A stretch of 62,953 bases of DNA, filler included, from Reticulomyxa filosa (GCA_000512085.1; 28 parts of 28 records of this genome joined end to end with filler, not necessarily neighbours in it); one strand, 5' to 3'. Positions 39,533 to 52,173 are shown, counted from the first letter of the whole stretch. Notes: a model not told the origin generated them from the sequence alone. Translations and numbers: made by a program.

Positions 39533-40484
39533 CCGGACTCATCAAGGTAATCGTTACAGTACTTCTCAAGCCCGCCGCTGTCGATGCGATGCACTCGTTG
39601 CATGAGCGCGTCTTCGAGCTCGTCTAGAGCAGAACTATCGTCAGTGTGGATCCAGAAGAGGGGATAGGGGTCTTCACCAAGAATGCCACGTAGCGCGCGC
39701 CGGTCACTGTAGCCAATGCGAAGATGTTCCATCATGGGGCAACGTTTGAGCTCGTCAGGCTCCATTCTCTGACGAGCACGCCACAACAGCCATAGGATGT
39801 CCACGGACACGACGAGCTGACGGACGCTAGCAAACTCTCTCAGTCGAAATCCGAGATCGATGCTTGGCCCGATATAATCGATCTTGTATTGGCCCTTCAG
39901 CTCAACGTCGTTCGTAATATTCGACAGTAGCCGGTAGTTGTCGATTAGCGGATCGCCGGACTCCCCCGCAGGGGACGCACCGTCGGCGCCTATGGCAATC
40001 TCGGTGTTGTTCAGGGGAAAGCCGGCCAGCCAAGCCGCCCTTTTACATTCAACGCCGCAGTGTGTGGCTTGGATGAAAAATGCGCTCTGTGCGCCTTCAT
40101 TACCGCCATCAAAGTATAGATCGCGGCCAAGACATCTAGCGGCGACTTGACGATTTTCGAGAAAAGCACTTCATCACCGGCGCCTTTCCAAAATTCAGGC
40201 GGGTCACCAAACACGTACTTGCCGGAGGTGCCTCCTAAGTCAGCCTTACGCAACTCAGCGATTACATCAGCCCAGCGAGCGCCAGCCTCCTCCACGGACA
40301 TTCGGTAGAACGCCAAAAAGGGCCTAACCCAGGAGTCTTGGTCGGCCAGCTCCTTGGCAGTGCGGGGGTGTTTGTATTTTGTGGAACCGTCGATATCGAG
40401 GCTAAGAAAAATCCTCAGCGTCGATTCGACTTTTAACTCGTGACGGCCGGAGTCCGTCGGCGGCGGCACTAAAGGACTCGTCAC
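39533..40484 (-). CDS. Divergent class III nucleotide cyclase-like protein (bacterial); 1-nt frameshift at ~40038-40044; 3'-partial
   Basis: Restoring one base joins the ORFs into ~317 aa with 'FLSLDIDGST', 'WKGAGDEVLF', 'KGAAWLAGFP', 'DYIGPSIDLGFRL', 'LVVSVD', 'LRGI'. RBS-like AGAGG 6 nt before the GTG start. Confidence 0.78.
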
Positions 40485-40492
40485 CGGAGCCT

Positions 40493-40999
40493 CTAGATCA
40501 GCCCGAGTGCTCTTGCTCTTGCCTCCGCAGCGGCCACAGACACTTTGAAGTGGCGAGCAACGCTGGCGAGATCACCTCGAACCGAAGCAAATTTCTCGCG
40601 GAACGGCCGGTCGGGCATTAGGAAGCCAGCAGCAAACCAGTTGGCCTCCCACTCCACTCTGTTAGATCCAAAACGCCGAGCTGCCATCGGCCGCTTTTCG
40701 ATCGGGTAATGAAGGAGGTAGTGACCAAGCTCGTGGGCAATGGAAAAACGATCACGCTCTTCCGTCGTGTGATGAGGGAGGAAAATTTCGAAATCCTTTA
40801 ACCCCTTCACCTTAATCGAAGCATCATCGTTCAAGTCGTCGAGGGACTGGTAGGTCAGGCGCCCGCCTAGCTTGCGAACGATTTCCTTCATAGGAGCACC
40901 CGGCGTGTAGCCAAGATCCTTGGCCACGCTCGCTCCGAAATCATCAATCACGTCCTTGCGAACGTGGCATGGCTTAGCTTCGATATACCGGGTGGGCAT
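40493..40999 (-). CDS. ImmA/IrrE-family (DUF955) Zn metallopeptidase (bacterial)
   Basis: 'RDRFSIAHELGHYLLH' (HExxH), 'EWEANWFAAGFLMP', C-terminal 'ARHFKVS...R'; no N-terminal XRE-HTH. Confidence 0.93.
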   Translation of the reverse strand: MPTRYIEAKPCHVRKDVIDDFGASVAKDLGYTPGAPMKEIVRKLGGRLTYQSLDDLNDDASIKVKGLKDFEIFLPHHTTEERDRFSIAHELGHYLLHYPIEKRPMAARRFGSNRVEWEANWFAAGFLMPDRPFREKFASVRGDLASVARHFKVSVAAAEARARALGLI

Positions 41000-41721
41000 T
41001 GGTCATTCCACGATGATGCCGAATATCTAGGCGCCCTCCTTGTCAGCCACAAGGCAGGCTTGGGGACCTCTAACCGTCCCGATTCTGCCTTGAACCCTAA
41101 TATCCATCAACAACGGTTTACCGCAGATCTTGGCTACCGGGTGGCCTCCGCCTCTTGCGGCTGCCGGNNNNNNNNNNNNNNNNNNNNNNNNNNNNNNNNN
41201 NNNNNNNNNNNTTAATTAATTAANNNNNNNNNNNNNNNNNNNNNNNNNNNNNNNNNNNNNNNNNNNNTCATTGACCATTTATGATGACGAGATTATCTAT
41301 GCTGATATTCCGATTTGTAAAAAATAAATGTACCGACTCGACTAACAACAATAAAAAAATGCTTTTTTTTCTTTTGTCGTAGTTTTTTAATAGTAGTCTC
41401 AACACATTTTTCGTAATTTTTTTGTGTCTTTTGGACAAAGCATTCACAAAATTGAAAAGAAAATATAAAAAAAAAAAAAAAAAAATATGCAATTGCATCT
41501 ATTCTCGAGAAATCCTTCGTGTTATTCATTTTGCGTGCAGGAAATATTATTTATTTAAAAGGCAATCTTATTTGCCACTCCACATCTTAAAATATTATTG
41601 TAAAACTTTGGTGTCACTATGGATACATGTGCTAAAAAGCACTTTTCAAAAATTTTTGTTCGTACAGCCTTTTAGGAAAATACATAAATTTGAATTCTCA
41701 CGGAATAGACTGATTAGAAGC

Positions 41722-42476
41722 ATGTCTCTAGTAGTTGAATCTGGATTGTTGCAAGCATTTCCATATATCTCTTCAAAAACACAAAATGTGGACGAGTCTT
41801 TGAAAGGCTTGTTTGAGTCTTCGCTTGGAGTGTTACTAGGACGTCGCCAAAGCAAGAAGCGACAAAAACCATTATTGGACAAGTTCCAGACGGAATTGTT
41901 TACAATGATGTGTCAAGCAAGTGACGAAGGGATAAAGCATTTTATGGACAGCAAAGCACAGCAATTGAATCGATTTCTAATCACGCTATTTATAGCGTCA
42001 CTGCAAAAAGCGCACCCTGCACGCGCAAGTGGAGAAGTTGAGAGGACGGAGCAAAGACCGGAGACAACAGAGCCAGTCAAGCCGAAAGAAGAGAAAGAGT
42101 CGAGTCCACACGACGAAGACGAGGATAGCGAACTTCCCGAATTGTATGTATACTCAACGGATGAGAGTGCCGAGCACGAAACAGCAGATGAAGATGAGTA
42201 TGACATAGATGAGCAGGATCAGAAATATGAAAAAACAGAGCAGTTGATGATGAACGAATGGAAAGAGTTGTTGCAAGTCAAACAGCAGCAACATCAGCAA
42301 CATCAGCAACAGCAACAACAATCACAACAACAATCACAATCACTGTCATCAACCATTGCAAATAATATTGGCCCTATTTCGCCATCGTTACCATCATCTC
42401 AAGTGGACACTCCAAATGTTGATATCAACAAACAATTCCGTTATACGCCCTTGTCCATGTCATCATCAACAACAAG
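41722..42476 (+). CDS. Hypothetical acidic/Gln-rich protein, first exon
   Basis: Long ORF from ATG ~41722 ending at a GT donor followed by poly-T. Confidence 0.5.
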
Positions 42477-43083
42477 TTACTTATAGTTTGTTTTTTTTTT
42501 TTNNNNNNNNNNNNNNNNNNNNNNNNNNNNNNNNNNNNNNNNNNNNTTAATTAATTAANNNNNNNNNNNNNNNNNNNNNNNNNNNNNNNNNNNNNNNNNN
42601 NNCCAAACTTACGTATCGACAACATATCAACTATGTATACGGAAAAAAACTTTCATATTCTTTTTCCACACATTTTCAACTGTCACTTCTTTAATCTTCT
42701 TTCTTCATTTTGTTGCAAGCTTGAACTGCAACTTGAAGCGTTGACGATTGAAGTTTTGATTTCTTTATAACATTATCTGTTAATCCACTGTCTGGCCGCT
42801 TTCGTTTTATAGCAATATCAACATCCGACGTTATTTAAGATTGTCGTTGTCGATTATTTCTGGAATCATGCATGTCAATCCATTTCCAATTCTATTTCCA
42901 ACCCCATATCCATTTCCACTAGTGGCAGACATGTTCGGAAGTTTAGTTAACATGTCTGCCTTACCATTAGATCGGATGCTTGATCCAATTCCATGTGGCT
43001 ATTTTGTCACAGCATGGATTGCAGTAGAGCCGATTAGGGTAAAAACACCTTGTGTATAAAAAAATCAATAATATCAGTCACCA

Positions 43084-43650
43084 AGACTGAGGCAATGAGA
43101 CTTAAATTAGAATATGTGAATAATCGACCCCATTGTGGAAGAGTGTTTATTCTAACTGATTGCAAGTTCGTGATTAATTCGATATTCAACAAATGGGATT
43201 CTGACATCTAGAAATTTCCAATTATGGATTATCATAAGTATTGATCCATTTCGGCTCTGAATCTTGCCCTCTTTGCCACAATATCTACTTGATTATTCCC
43301 AGGAATGTCAGAATGACCTTTGATACAATAGATTTCATGCACATTCTGTTCGCCAAGATCTTTCATGAATCTCTGGCATTTTGCGATTTGGAAATTGTAA
43401 GCTTCGGAATTGCACTTGTTGAGAATGGATTCAACTACAAACTTGCAGTCACTCAAAATAAGCACTCTTCTGTTCTGCATATTGTCGCGATATACTCCAA
43501 TGCTTGGCGAATGGCTTCTATTTTGGAGCCGATAGCAGTTGTTAGTCTTTAATAGGAAACTCCAACTCTCTCCAGTTGGATAATGTCGAATATTGTATCA
43601 CTAATCCTGGCTCTGGTTTTGTGCATCTGCAAATATCACTACAGTATCTT
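43084..43650. mobile_element. Two degenerate RNase H fragments (non-LTR retrotransposon-like) in convergent orientation
   Basis: Minus copy 'EAIRQALEY...VLILSDCKFVV...IKGHSDIPGNNQVDIVAK'. Plus copy (43084-43210) 'EAMRLKLEY...VFILTDCKFVINSIFNK'. Confidence 0.7.
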
Positions 43651-43797
43651 GTTACAACGATGACAAGATCTGATCAGATGTTGGTTCGCTCCATTTTNNN
43701 NNNNNNNNNNNNNNNNNNNNNNNNNNNNNNNNNNNNNNNNNTTAATTAATTAANNNNNNNNNNNNNNNNNNNNNNNNNNNNNNNNNNNNNNNNNNNN

Positions 43798-44508
43798 TCC
43801 ATTTTTGAATATTTTTGTTTTCACTATCCACCACAGATTTTTGATTTACTTCAGATCTGAAGAATTTGAAGTGAAATTCAATATTTTGTTAATATTTTGT
43901 TTAAATCTTCTTTTGCTGTAATTTCTTTGCGACTAGTGGCATTATCTTGCTGAAATATACAATTTCCATTATCTTTTAAACACCAATTAGTACTTTCTGA
44001 GCATTTCATCAAATAGAATTTCTTTGTAAACATCTGCATTGACACAGCAATTAATGTACATGCACAAACAGGTCCTAACACTACAAAGCAAGACCACACG
44101 TTATTGTTCTACTACCAACTATTGATGTTTTTATGATGAACGTCAGCTTCCATTTACGCACACATTCATGACTTACACAAAATTATTTTGCAACTTTGAC
44201 CAAACTCCAGCACTGACGCAACAGAACGTCTTTTGTTTAAATTCTCAATACTGTACAATTTTAAAAAAAATCAAATATCGAACAACATTGACCTAAAAAA
44301 AAAAAGAAAAGAAAAATAAAGGACAAAAATATTGAAATAATTAAGAAAGATATAATAAAAAACTACATTCAAAATGATATTTAAAAACTACACAATTTGT
44401 AGATATTTAAAAAAAAATTAGGTCTGAATGTTGTTTTTTCATGTATAAAATCAATCATCTATATAAGGTGCCATTTTAGGTGTCAACTTTACTTTGCATT
44501 CTACTGTA
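43798..44508 (-). mobile_element. Tc1/mariner-like DNA transposon relic with candidate left TIR
   Basis: 'CIFQQDNA' and degenerate 'SNSSDLK*IKNLW' (cf. SPDLNPIENLW). Upstream TA|CAGTAGAATGCAAAGTAAAGTTGACACC at 44508-44479. Confidence 0.72.
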
Positions 44509-45789
44509 GTTATAATAAAGTAGTCAATATAATCACCATAAGTTATTTTTAATCAATTTGACAATTATTTGAATACACAAAAAGAGACTACAAGATAAAT
44601 GAATCCTGAATATGCACAATGTTTTACCTATTCAGAAGCTCCATCCACAGTAATATAAGTTATTCAATCATTACATTTTTGATCATTTAAATATGTACCT
44701 TTATATTGTTTATACGTAAACAAATATTTAAAAGACTAAATACAGTTACAACCACGAAAATTTCATCACTACCAGATTTTTTGGTAAATTCCAATCGCCG
44801 TACAAAAGTAAGCAGTTTTAATCGCTGACATTAACACTTTTAGTGAGATATATATTTTTGATATAAGTAATTCAAAAAGAATGTATCAAATATCTCTTTA
44901 ACACAAGTCGTTTTCAAAGATTATTTGTTACATTAGTATTTAGTATGCACCATCTAGCTTTGATAAAATCTTTTATTGACGATGCATCGAGTCAACAAGT
45001 TTGGCTCATAAATCAACATCAATACTATACTATTGTTTTGCGAAAACTTCAAAAAGTTTCTATTGATTGTGAATATTAACATTACTATGTAATTTGAGCG
45101 TGAAGATACGCCACAAATTTTCAATATGGTTAAGATCTAATTATTGCTGTGGATGCTATAGCAATGTTATACATTCATATGTGAAATATTACATTACCAT
45201 GCCGCTTTGTAACAATGTACATTATCATGCTGATATATATTCATTTCCAAATACAGTAGGATAAAAAAGAAAGTTGACATAAAATGCCACATTAATAGAT
45301 TATTGTTTATCCATGAAAAAACAACATTTAATCAAAATTTTTTTTATTTAAAAAAATATCTACGAGTTGTGTAGTTTTTAAATATCATTTTGGTTTTTTA
45401 TAAAGTATTTACAATTTTTTCAAAATTTTAATCTTTCATTTACTTTAAGTATGATAAGATTTGTTTTTTAAAATTTAANNNNNNNNNNNNNNNNNNNNNN
45501 NNNNNNNNNNNNNNNNNNNNNNTTAATTAATTAANNNNNNNNNNNNNNNNNNNNNNNNNNNNNNNNNNNNNNNNNNNNAAACAAACAAACAAAGCATTTT
45601 TCAAACACGTATACTACACACAACACAAAATTGGATAAAAAAAAAAGTTGGCATATTTACAATTTTGAATCGTGTCACCAGTTGTATGAATCACAGGACT
45701 CCTATATATATATATATATATACACATGTATACGTATACATATATGTACACATACATATATATATATATATATGTACATATATGTATAT

Positions 45790-46629
45790 ATGTATTATAT
45801 GTATTGTATTATAAAACGTTGGGGCAGGGGTAGGCGACAGCAGAGAAAGTGGCCCTTGGAAGACATCAAAATAAGCGAGAGCGGATAAGCCTCGAAGCGC
45901 TCCAGGAGTAATGAGGAGTTTATGCCAGTAGTTGATGGAGGATGCAAAGGTGGCATTCAAAGAATATTGGCAAGCACGTTGCCGACGACTGAGTCCGAGT
46001 TGTTGCAGGGGTCGCTTATCACGACGCCAAAGCCAGATCCGGACACTGTGATTTCAAATTGCAAGAGTATCACTTCACGCAGTTCCCACAACCCACTGCT
46101 TATCTGGCCCATTACTGTCTTTGTCTTTGTCTTTGTCTTTGTCGAGTCGTTCCATGTCAAATACACCGTGTGCTCATAGCTCACATTGCTGTACACTGTC
46201 TGTTGACATTCCATTTCCAGCGTCGCACCGGTGGTTGTTTCCATTGACACTACAATTGACCCATTGTTACCAACATTACTATACATATATAAATTTATTA
46301 AATTTTTTTTGTTGTTGTTGTTGTTGTTGCGCATTTGCGCGGTGAAAAAAAAAAAAAAAAAAAATTTTTAGGTGAAACTTATAAAACCATAGCCTTTGGA
46401 AGACAAGGATACCACGAACGGAGAAAGGAGTTTGGAATTGGAATTGCGAGGCATTGCTTTCCATGAACATCGGAGTCGAGAGATAGCGATTGTAGAGGAA
46501 GACCATGTTGACGTAGTTGTTGTTGCCAACGAGAAGGGCAGACTTGTTGTATTCAGCCAGGAGATATTGAGGAAAGCGCACACCGTAGTTGATGATACCC
46601 TCATAACTTGTCCATAAAGGAGACAAAGG
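45790..46629 (-). CDS. Hypothetical protein fragment, multi-exon
   Basis: Coding-like minus-strand ORFs 46626-46390 and ~46280-45957 separated by a T/A-run intron. Confidence 0.4.
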
Positions 46630-46779
46630 NNNNNNNNNNNNNNNNNNNNNNNNNNNNNNNNNNNNNNNNNNNNTTAATTAATTAANNNNNNNNNNNNNNN
46701 NNNNNNNNNNNNNNNNNNNNNNNNNNNNNGATGATAATAATAATAATAATAATAATGATGATGATGATGATGATGATGA

Positions 46780-47730
46780 GAAGAAGAAGAAGAAGAACAC
46801 AAATGTGACAACGAAAACTCGCGAATATATGCGATGGAACAAATTACGTCAGTCATATTGGTTCTATCAAGCGTTGAAATTTGAATTGGATGGAAGTTTA
46901 TATTCGTTGTATGATATTCAACATTACTTGTTAAAACCATTACAATATGAAATGCAAAAATTACAGTCGCGTACATTGCAGAATTCAAGCGACATACTGA
47001 GTCACAAAAACAAGGACGCTGGACGAAACGAGAGGGAAAGCGTCGATTGGGTGGACCCTCGGCCTTATGCGGCCCTGAGTAGCCAGTGTGTCGGCAGTGT
47101 GAAATTGTTCATTCGTCAAGCCATGAGTGGCCAAAAATTAGAAAAACAATTGAATCTTGTCAATCAATATCTGTGTTCCGGACGGAGAAAAAAAGATGTG
47201 TGTATCAAAAAAAAATTAAAATGCATTGGGTTGAATGCCATCTTCAAATGCCATTTTCATGATTTTGTCCATTTTGCTATTCAAATGGCTTCGCTTTATC
47301 CCCATCTTATTATTCACATGTTTTGTTTTATTTTGTTTTGTTCAACCTTTTTTTTTTTTTTTTTCTTCATTCTTCAATTAAATGTTGACAGACTTTGCTG
47401 GACGAGAACATGGCTGCACTACTTGGTTATGTGTGTCATTTTTCCAATGCAAAGATGCGTGCAAAAATACACAAATGCCTCACCTTGGGATATTCAATTC
47501 GGTTTGTTGAATTTGACTGGACTTTGTGCTCCACAAATCGCATTCATTACTCCTCTTCTGTCACTCACAAAAAAATTGCAAAAGAACCACACAAGAAACG
47601 TTATTACAAATCAGACTTTGATGCAAACACTTCAACCAACAAACAAAACAAAAAAAAAATCGACTCTTGTTGTTGTTACTACCATTTTCATACCCACAAA
47701 AAAAGACCTTCATCTCAGGCCAGAGTTTGA
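46780..47730 (+). CDS. DUF547-like domain protein, 5'-partial
   Basis: 'SLYDIQHYLLK', 'VDPRPYAALS', 'LEKQL', 'LNAIFKCHFHDF', 'IRFVEFDWTL'. Confidence 0.65.
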
Positions 47731-49322
47731 TGATTGCACTTTCTGTCTACTGAATTTTTGAGCCAAAGACATTATATTTATATTTGCTACTTTCAAACAA
47801 ACAAATAAAAGTAAATTGTTGAATGAACGACTCTACCATTCAATATTGCAATTTTTTTTTTGTCTTTGCTTGTGAGTGTTAAAAAAAAAAATTGCAATCA
47901 ATAAGCAATTATTATTTTTTCCCTGGTCATCTCAGCTTTGACATAATTGAGCATCTTTCAAATCAAAGTTTTTTTCATTAAACAATAAATCGCCAAAGGA
48001 AAATAAAACTACAAAATGTGAAAATTGCTTGCAATATCAATAGATGAATGCTGACAACTGTCTTATTAGTTGCGACAAAACAAAAAAGCACATTTACAAA
48101 TTTACTTTACAAAAATTTTTTTATCAGAAAATTGTTATCTACATTTTCTTAGACAAACAATTTCAAGAATGATCATATATTTTTTATTATTCTGGCGTAA
48201 AAAAAAAAACAAAAAGAATTTTTTTCAAAAAAAAGTGTTGTTCATGTGATTGGATTCGGCATATAATTGCAATTTCAAACTAGACATTATTAAGTAAAAA
48301 TATAACCAATTATTGCCAATGTCAAGGGTATTCTATTTATACATTTATTATTTTTTCAAATTAACCATAATGGACAGTCGAAGAAAAATATTAACATAAA
48401 TACTGTTTAATTTTACATTCATCACACTTTTTTAATAAAAATTATTTGAAAAGACATGAATAACTCAATTGTAAGAAAAGAATTTGTATTTATACATCTT
48501 ATTTAATGTTTAAAAAAATGTTCAATTTGAGAAATGATATTTGTGATAATTTATTGAACTTCCATTAATGAAGAAAATGAAAGAGTATCGTATTAATTAT
48601 TATTATCAAAAGTAACTGTATCATATGACAGCGTAAAATTACTAATTTTTTTTTCCAAATTAATTTTTTTCAAAAAAAAAAGTGCCATGAATGTAAAATG
48701 ATTTGGTATATACTAACTTCTTTTCATTATATAGTATATTATTGTGAATGTAAAAATAAATCATATACAAATAAAATGCCATTGACTTTGGCAACATCTG
48801 AATGTATTTTCAAGTTATAAACTTGGATTTAAAATTTAATTATATGCAATGGTTCATGCACATGCATCACACTTTTTATAATATTTTTTTAAAGAATAAA
48901 TTTGCAGTTGAAAAACTTCATTTTACTAACAAAATTTACATTTGTCACTGAAAAGTACAATAACAATTAGTAAATTCTTTCTTTATACTTCTGTTGTGTT
49001 AAGAAAATCTAACATTTATGGTTCTTATTCAAGAATTGCTGTTAATAAAACATACCACAAGCACATTAATTTCTAGTTGCATTAAGTGATGCAATGAAAA
49101 AACGTAACAAAAAGATTGCTGACTTAATTTGAATTCAATTTAGCAAACAATCTTCCGAACATAAAATAAAAAAAAAGAAAACACTAAATAACCAAAAAAA
49201 ACACACAATGAACAATTGGTTACTCTTTGTTTTTTATTGTAAAAACATAAAACAATCCACCAAAATTATAACAATGAACATTAGCACAAGTGATAACCTA
49301 TCCCACTTTGGTTCGCTTGCTT

Positions 49323-49815
49323 CTATCCAAAGTAATTTTCAGATGAGTAGCGCACATATAAAAACCCATCTTTTTGTTTATTAGCTTCATATACATCCGT
49401 CATTAACGCACCATTGTTTATCAATTTGTTGTTGATGAATACAAAGATTGTTTCTTGTGGTTTCAATTTGATCCGTTTTCTTGTTTGTTATTTGCCAAAG
49501 TGTGATAGAAGAATATTCAATAAAAGAGTCAAAAAAAAAACAACTTATACCTGACAACGGCTACAAATTGTGCCACGGAAAAATCTTTGGGAACCAAAAT
49601 TTTTGACTTTTCCATTTCCTGTAATTTGGACTTTGGATCTCTTTCACAGATTACTGGCACTCTGTCCATTTTGTTTCCCTTTGCTTGCTTTTGGTGTTTA
49701 CTTTTAATTTGTATTATATAAACCTGTCAGGATATTTGGCCGTTATTCGATTCGACTTAGTTTTGCGATCAGCAAATATGTTCTCCTTTTCAAAGCGAGA
49801 AGTTACTGTAGTCAT
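49323..49815 (-). CDS. ATG8: ATG8-family ubiquitin-like protein (119 aa, 3 exons; absent from the ORF track)
   Basis: Exons 49815-49724, 49661-49551, 49479-49323 give '...KYPDRVPVICE...KILVPKDFSVAQF...RKRIKL...DGFLYVRYSSENYFG*'. Confidence 0.93.
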
Positions 49816-50371
49816 TCTCAACAAATTTAAGTGGAGATAGGATTTTTCAATTATGAATTTTTGGGGCTAATCTGTGGCAGTTCTTCAAGGTATCCCAACT
49901 ACTCTTAAAACCTTAAAATTGCCCTTTTTTGATCCCAGATGTAGAAAAAAACTGTTGAATATGAATTCTTAGAACAAATAACAAATGTTTGGGTCAAACA
50001 GCTATTAAAAGTGCCTGAAGACAAAAAACTTGCGCCTTTCTTTGCTTGACAAATAGAGGTAGTACATATTGCTTTTTTTTTTGCAAAATACATTTTACAT
50101 TAGGAGTTCAAATGACTTCACAAAAAAAAAAAGTTTATTGCAAAGTTATCGTTTTTTCCAATCACTTGATCCCCAGTTTTCATTGAACAGCATTTAGATC
50201 AGAACAAAAATGTTTTCAAGAAAAGAGCCAGGTTTATTGCACTACTGCACGTCCCTAAAAAAAAAAAAAAANNNNNNNNNNNNNNNNNNNNNNNNNNNNN
50301 NNNNNNNNNNNNNNNTTAATTAATTAANNNNNNNNNNNNNNNNNNNNNNNNNNNNNNNNNNNNNNNNNNNN

Positions 50372-50772
50372 TGTCGATTATCTTTGATATCCCAAAAGCG
50401 AATAGTTTGGTTACTTGATGAAAAACAAATGACATTACGGCGATGCTTACGATAATAATATGATGAAAATTTCACACAGCGTATTTCATTTGGATGCTCA
50501 TTCAATAATTGGATTTGTTTATTGCTGTCAATATCCCAAACACGAACTGTTCCATCACGTGATCCAGAACAGATGAGTTGATTACCATCAAATGTTGAAT
50601 AGTCAATACCCGAGACAATGCCAGAATGTCCACTGAAGGTTTTGATTAATTTACTTGATGAGCGAAAAATGTCAAAATCGGTTGTATGTGTTAAAGGTGA
50701 CAAAATTGCAGACAAAGTAGTATCACTAGTGCTCGTTTCTTTTTTTTCTTCATTTTTTTTTTTCTTGATCAT
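50372..50772 (-). CDS. WD40-repeat protein, N-terminal fragment
   Basis: 'SSKLIKTFSGHSG...ICSGSRDGTVRVWDI', 'TIRFWDI'. Confidence 0.85.
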
Positions 50773-50840
50773 TTAATTTTGTAACTAACATTTGTAATCG
50801 CCTGTTAATTTGGCATTCTTTTCTTCTAATAATTTAATCG

Positions 50841-51647
50841 TTATTCCATATTGAAGCCATAATTGTTTTTGTTGATTGTTGAATTCTTTTTTGGCAGTTT
50901 CAATATCGGAATGATATTTAATCCTTCTTGTTGAAGATTTTCGATTTTTTGTTTTGAATCACTTTTTAGTTTCTCCATTTCCAATATCAACTTATTTGAA
51001 TTATCCTTTGGTGTTTGTGTTTGTATTTGTTTTGACTGCGATTGAGATTGGAGGATATAATTGATCCGATTTTGTGCTGCTTTCACTGCCCCTCGTTTTT
51101 CTTCATTCCAATTGTTGTTCCAAAATAGAGGTCTTTTGTAATACTGTTCATAAATATATGATAGATGATATCTCAATCAGGTAAATACAAATCATACCCA
51201 TGCGTCCACAATCGAATTGACATCAATATTTCCTCGCCGTCAAACAAGTACGACAAATATGGATCAGTTGGAACATTCAATAAGCGATGTCCCCGTCCAA
51301 AACTAAATCCTTTTTTGTTTTATATTACATACATATATACATATATATTATATTCGATGCATGCAAAATGAAAAGATAGTGCAAGGAGAACAAAGACAAA
51401 CTAAAAAAAAAAAAAAAGCAAGTAATATTATTTTTTTATTTTTTTATTTTTTTGCAATAAAATACATATTAAAAAGACCAGCAGCAAAAAAAAGGGGTCA
51501 AGACAGGCTTTCCAGGATTGTCAATGTAATGTCCTCTATCGTGTTTGAACATGTAATTATTGGAAAATTCTTTGGTTTTGCAAATGGCAACAATGCTGAT
51601 ATCGGATTTGGACAAAGGTGGTTGTTGGTCGTCTCGATAACTACATA
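50841..51647 (-). pseudogene. GT60/Gnt1-like polypeptide GlcNAc-transferase fragment with in-frame TGA and frameshift
   Basis: 'PFFAAG', '[38 protein letters not shown]'; 2-nt shift before 'IYEQYYKRPLFW'. Confidence 0.72.
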
Positions 51648-52173
51648 NNNNNNNNNNNNNNNNNNNNNNNNNNNNNNNNNNNNNNNNNNNNTTAATTAAT
51701 TAANNNNNNNNNNNNNNNNNNNNNNNNNNNNNNNNNNNNNNNNNNNNCTTGAAATTACTGCACTACTGGCTATGCCTATCTCTATGAGTTGGCAAATACA
51801 TATCATTTTCTTGTAAATTATGGATGAAATTATTTGATTTGAGAATTGATCCTATTATCAAACAGATTAATGAATTATACAAAAAGATAAAGGATATTGA
51901 ATGAAAAACTGAAATATATGTACTTGATGGGTGGATTTATTAAATTTACTTATTTAAAAAACAGTATAAATCAACATATAAATTTCTAAGTATGCAAAAA
52001 CCTGCTTTATCAGTAATCGAAGGTGCTTTTCAATTGACAAGAATTCCTTCTTTCATTACTTACAAATATACTTATGGAGTTGACTATGTCATGCCAATCG
52101 AAAAAGCTCGAACACACAAAATAATAAGTAGAAGAAAAGATTCAAGTAATCAATCAACGAACATCAACATCCA

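Noticed and set aside
39533-41167. Horizontal transfer of the peptidase-cyclase operon into the protist
   Set aside because: The whole contig is bacterial in composition and has no host flank.
47800-49200. Long ORF-free AT-rich stretch as ncRNA or array (also 44510-45478)
   Set aside because: No tRNA/rRNA motif, periodic repeat or stable structure seen; ordinary intergenic DNA.
10481-49815. Autophagy cluster (ATG1, ATG8, BEACH) or any cross-contig gene neighbourhood
   Set aside because: The genes lie on different contigs; their order is arbitrary.
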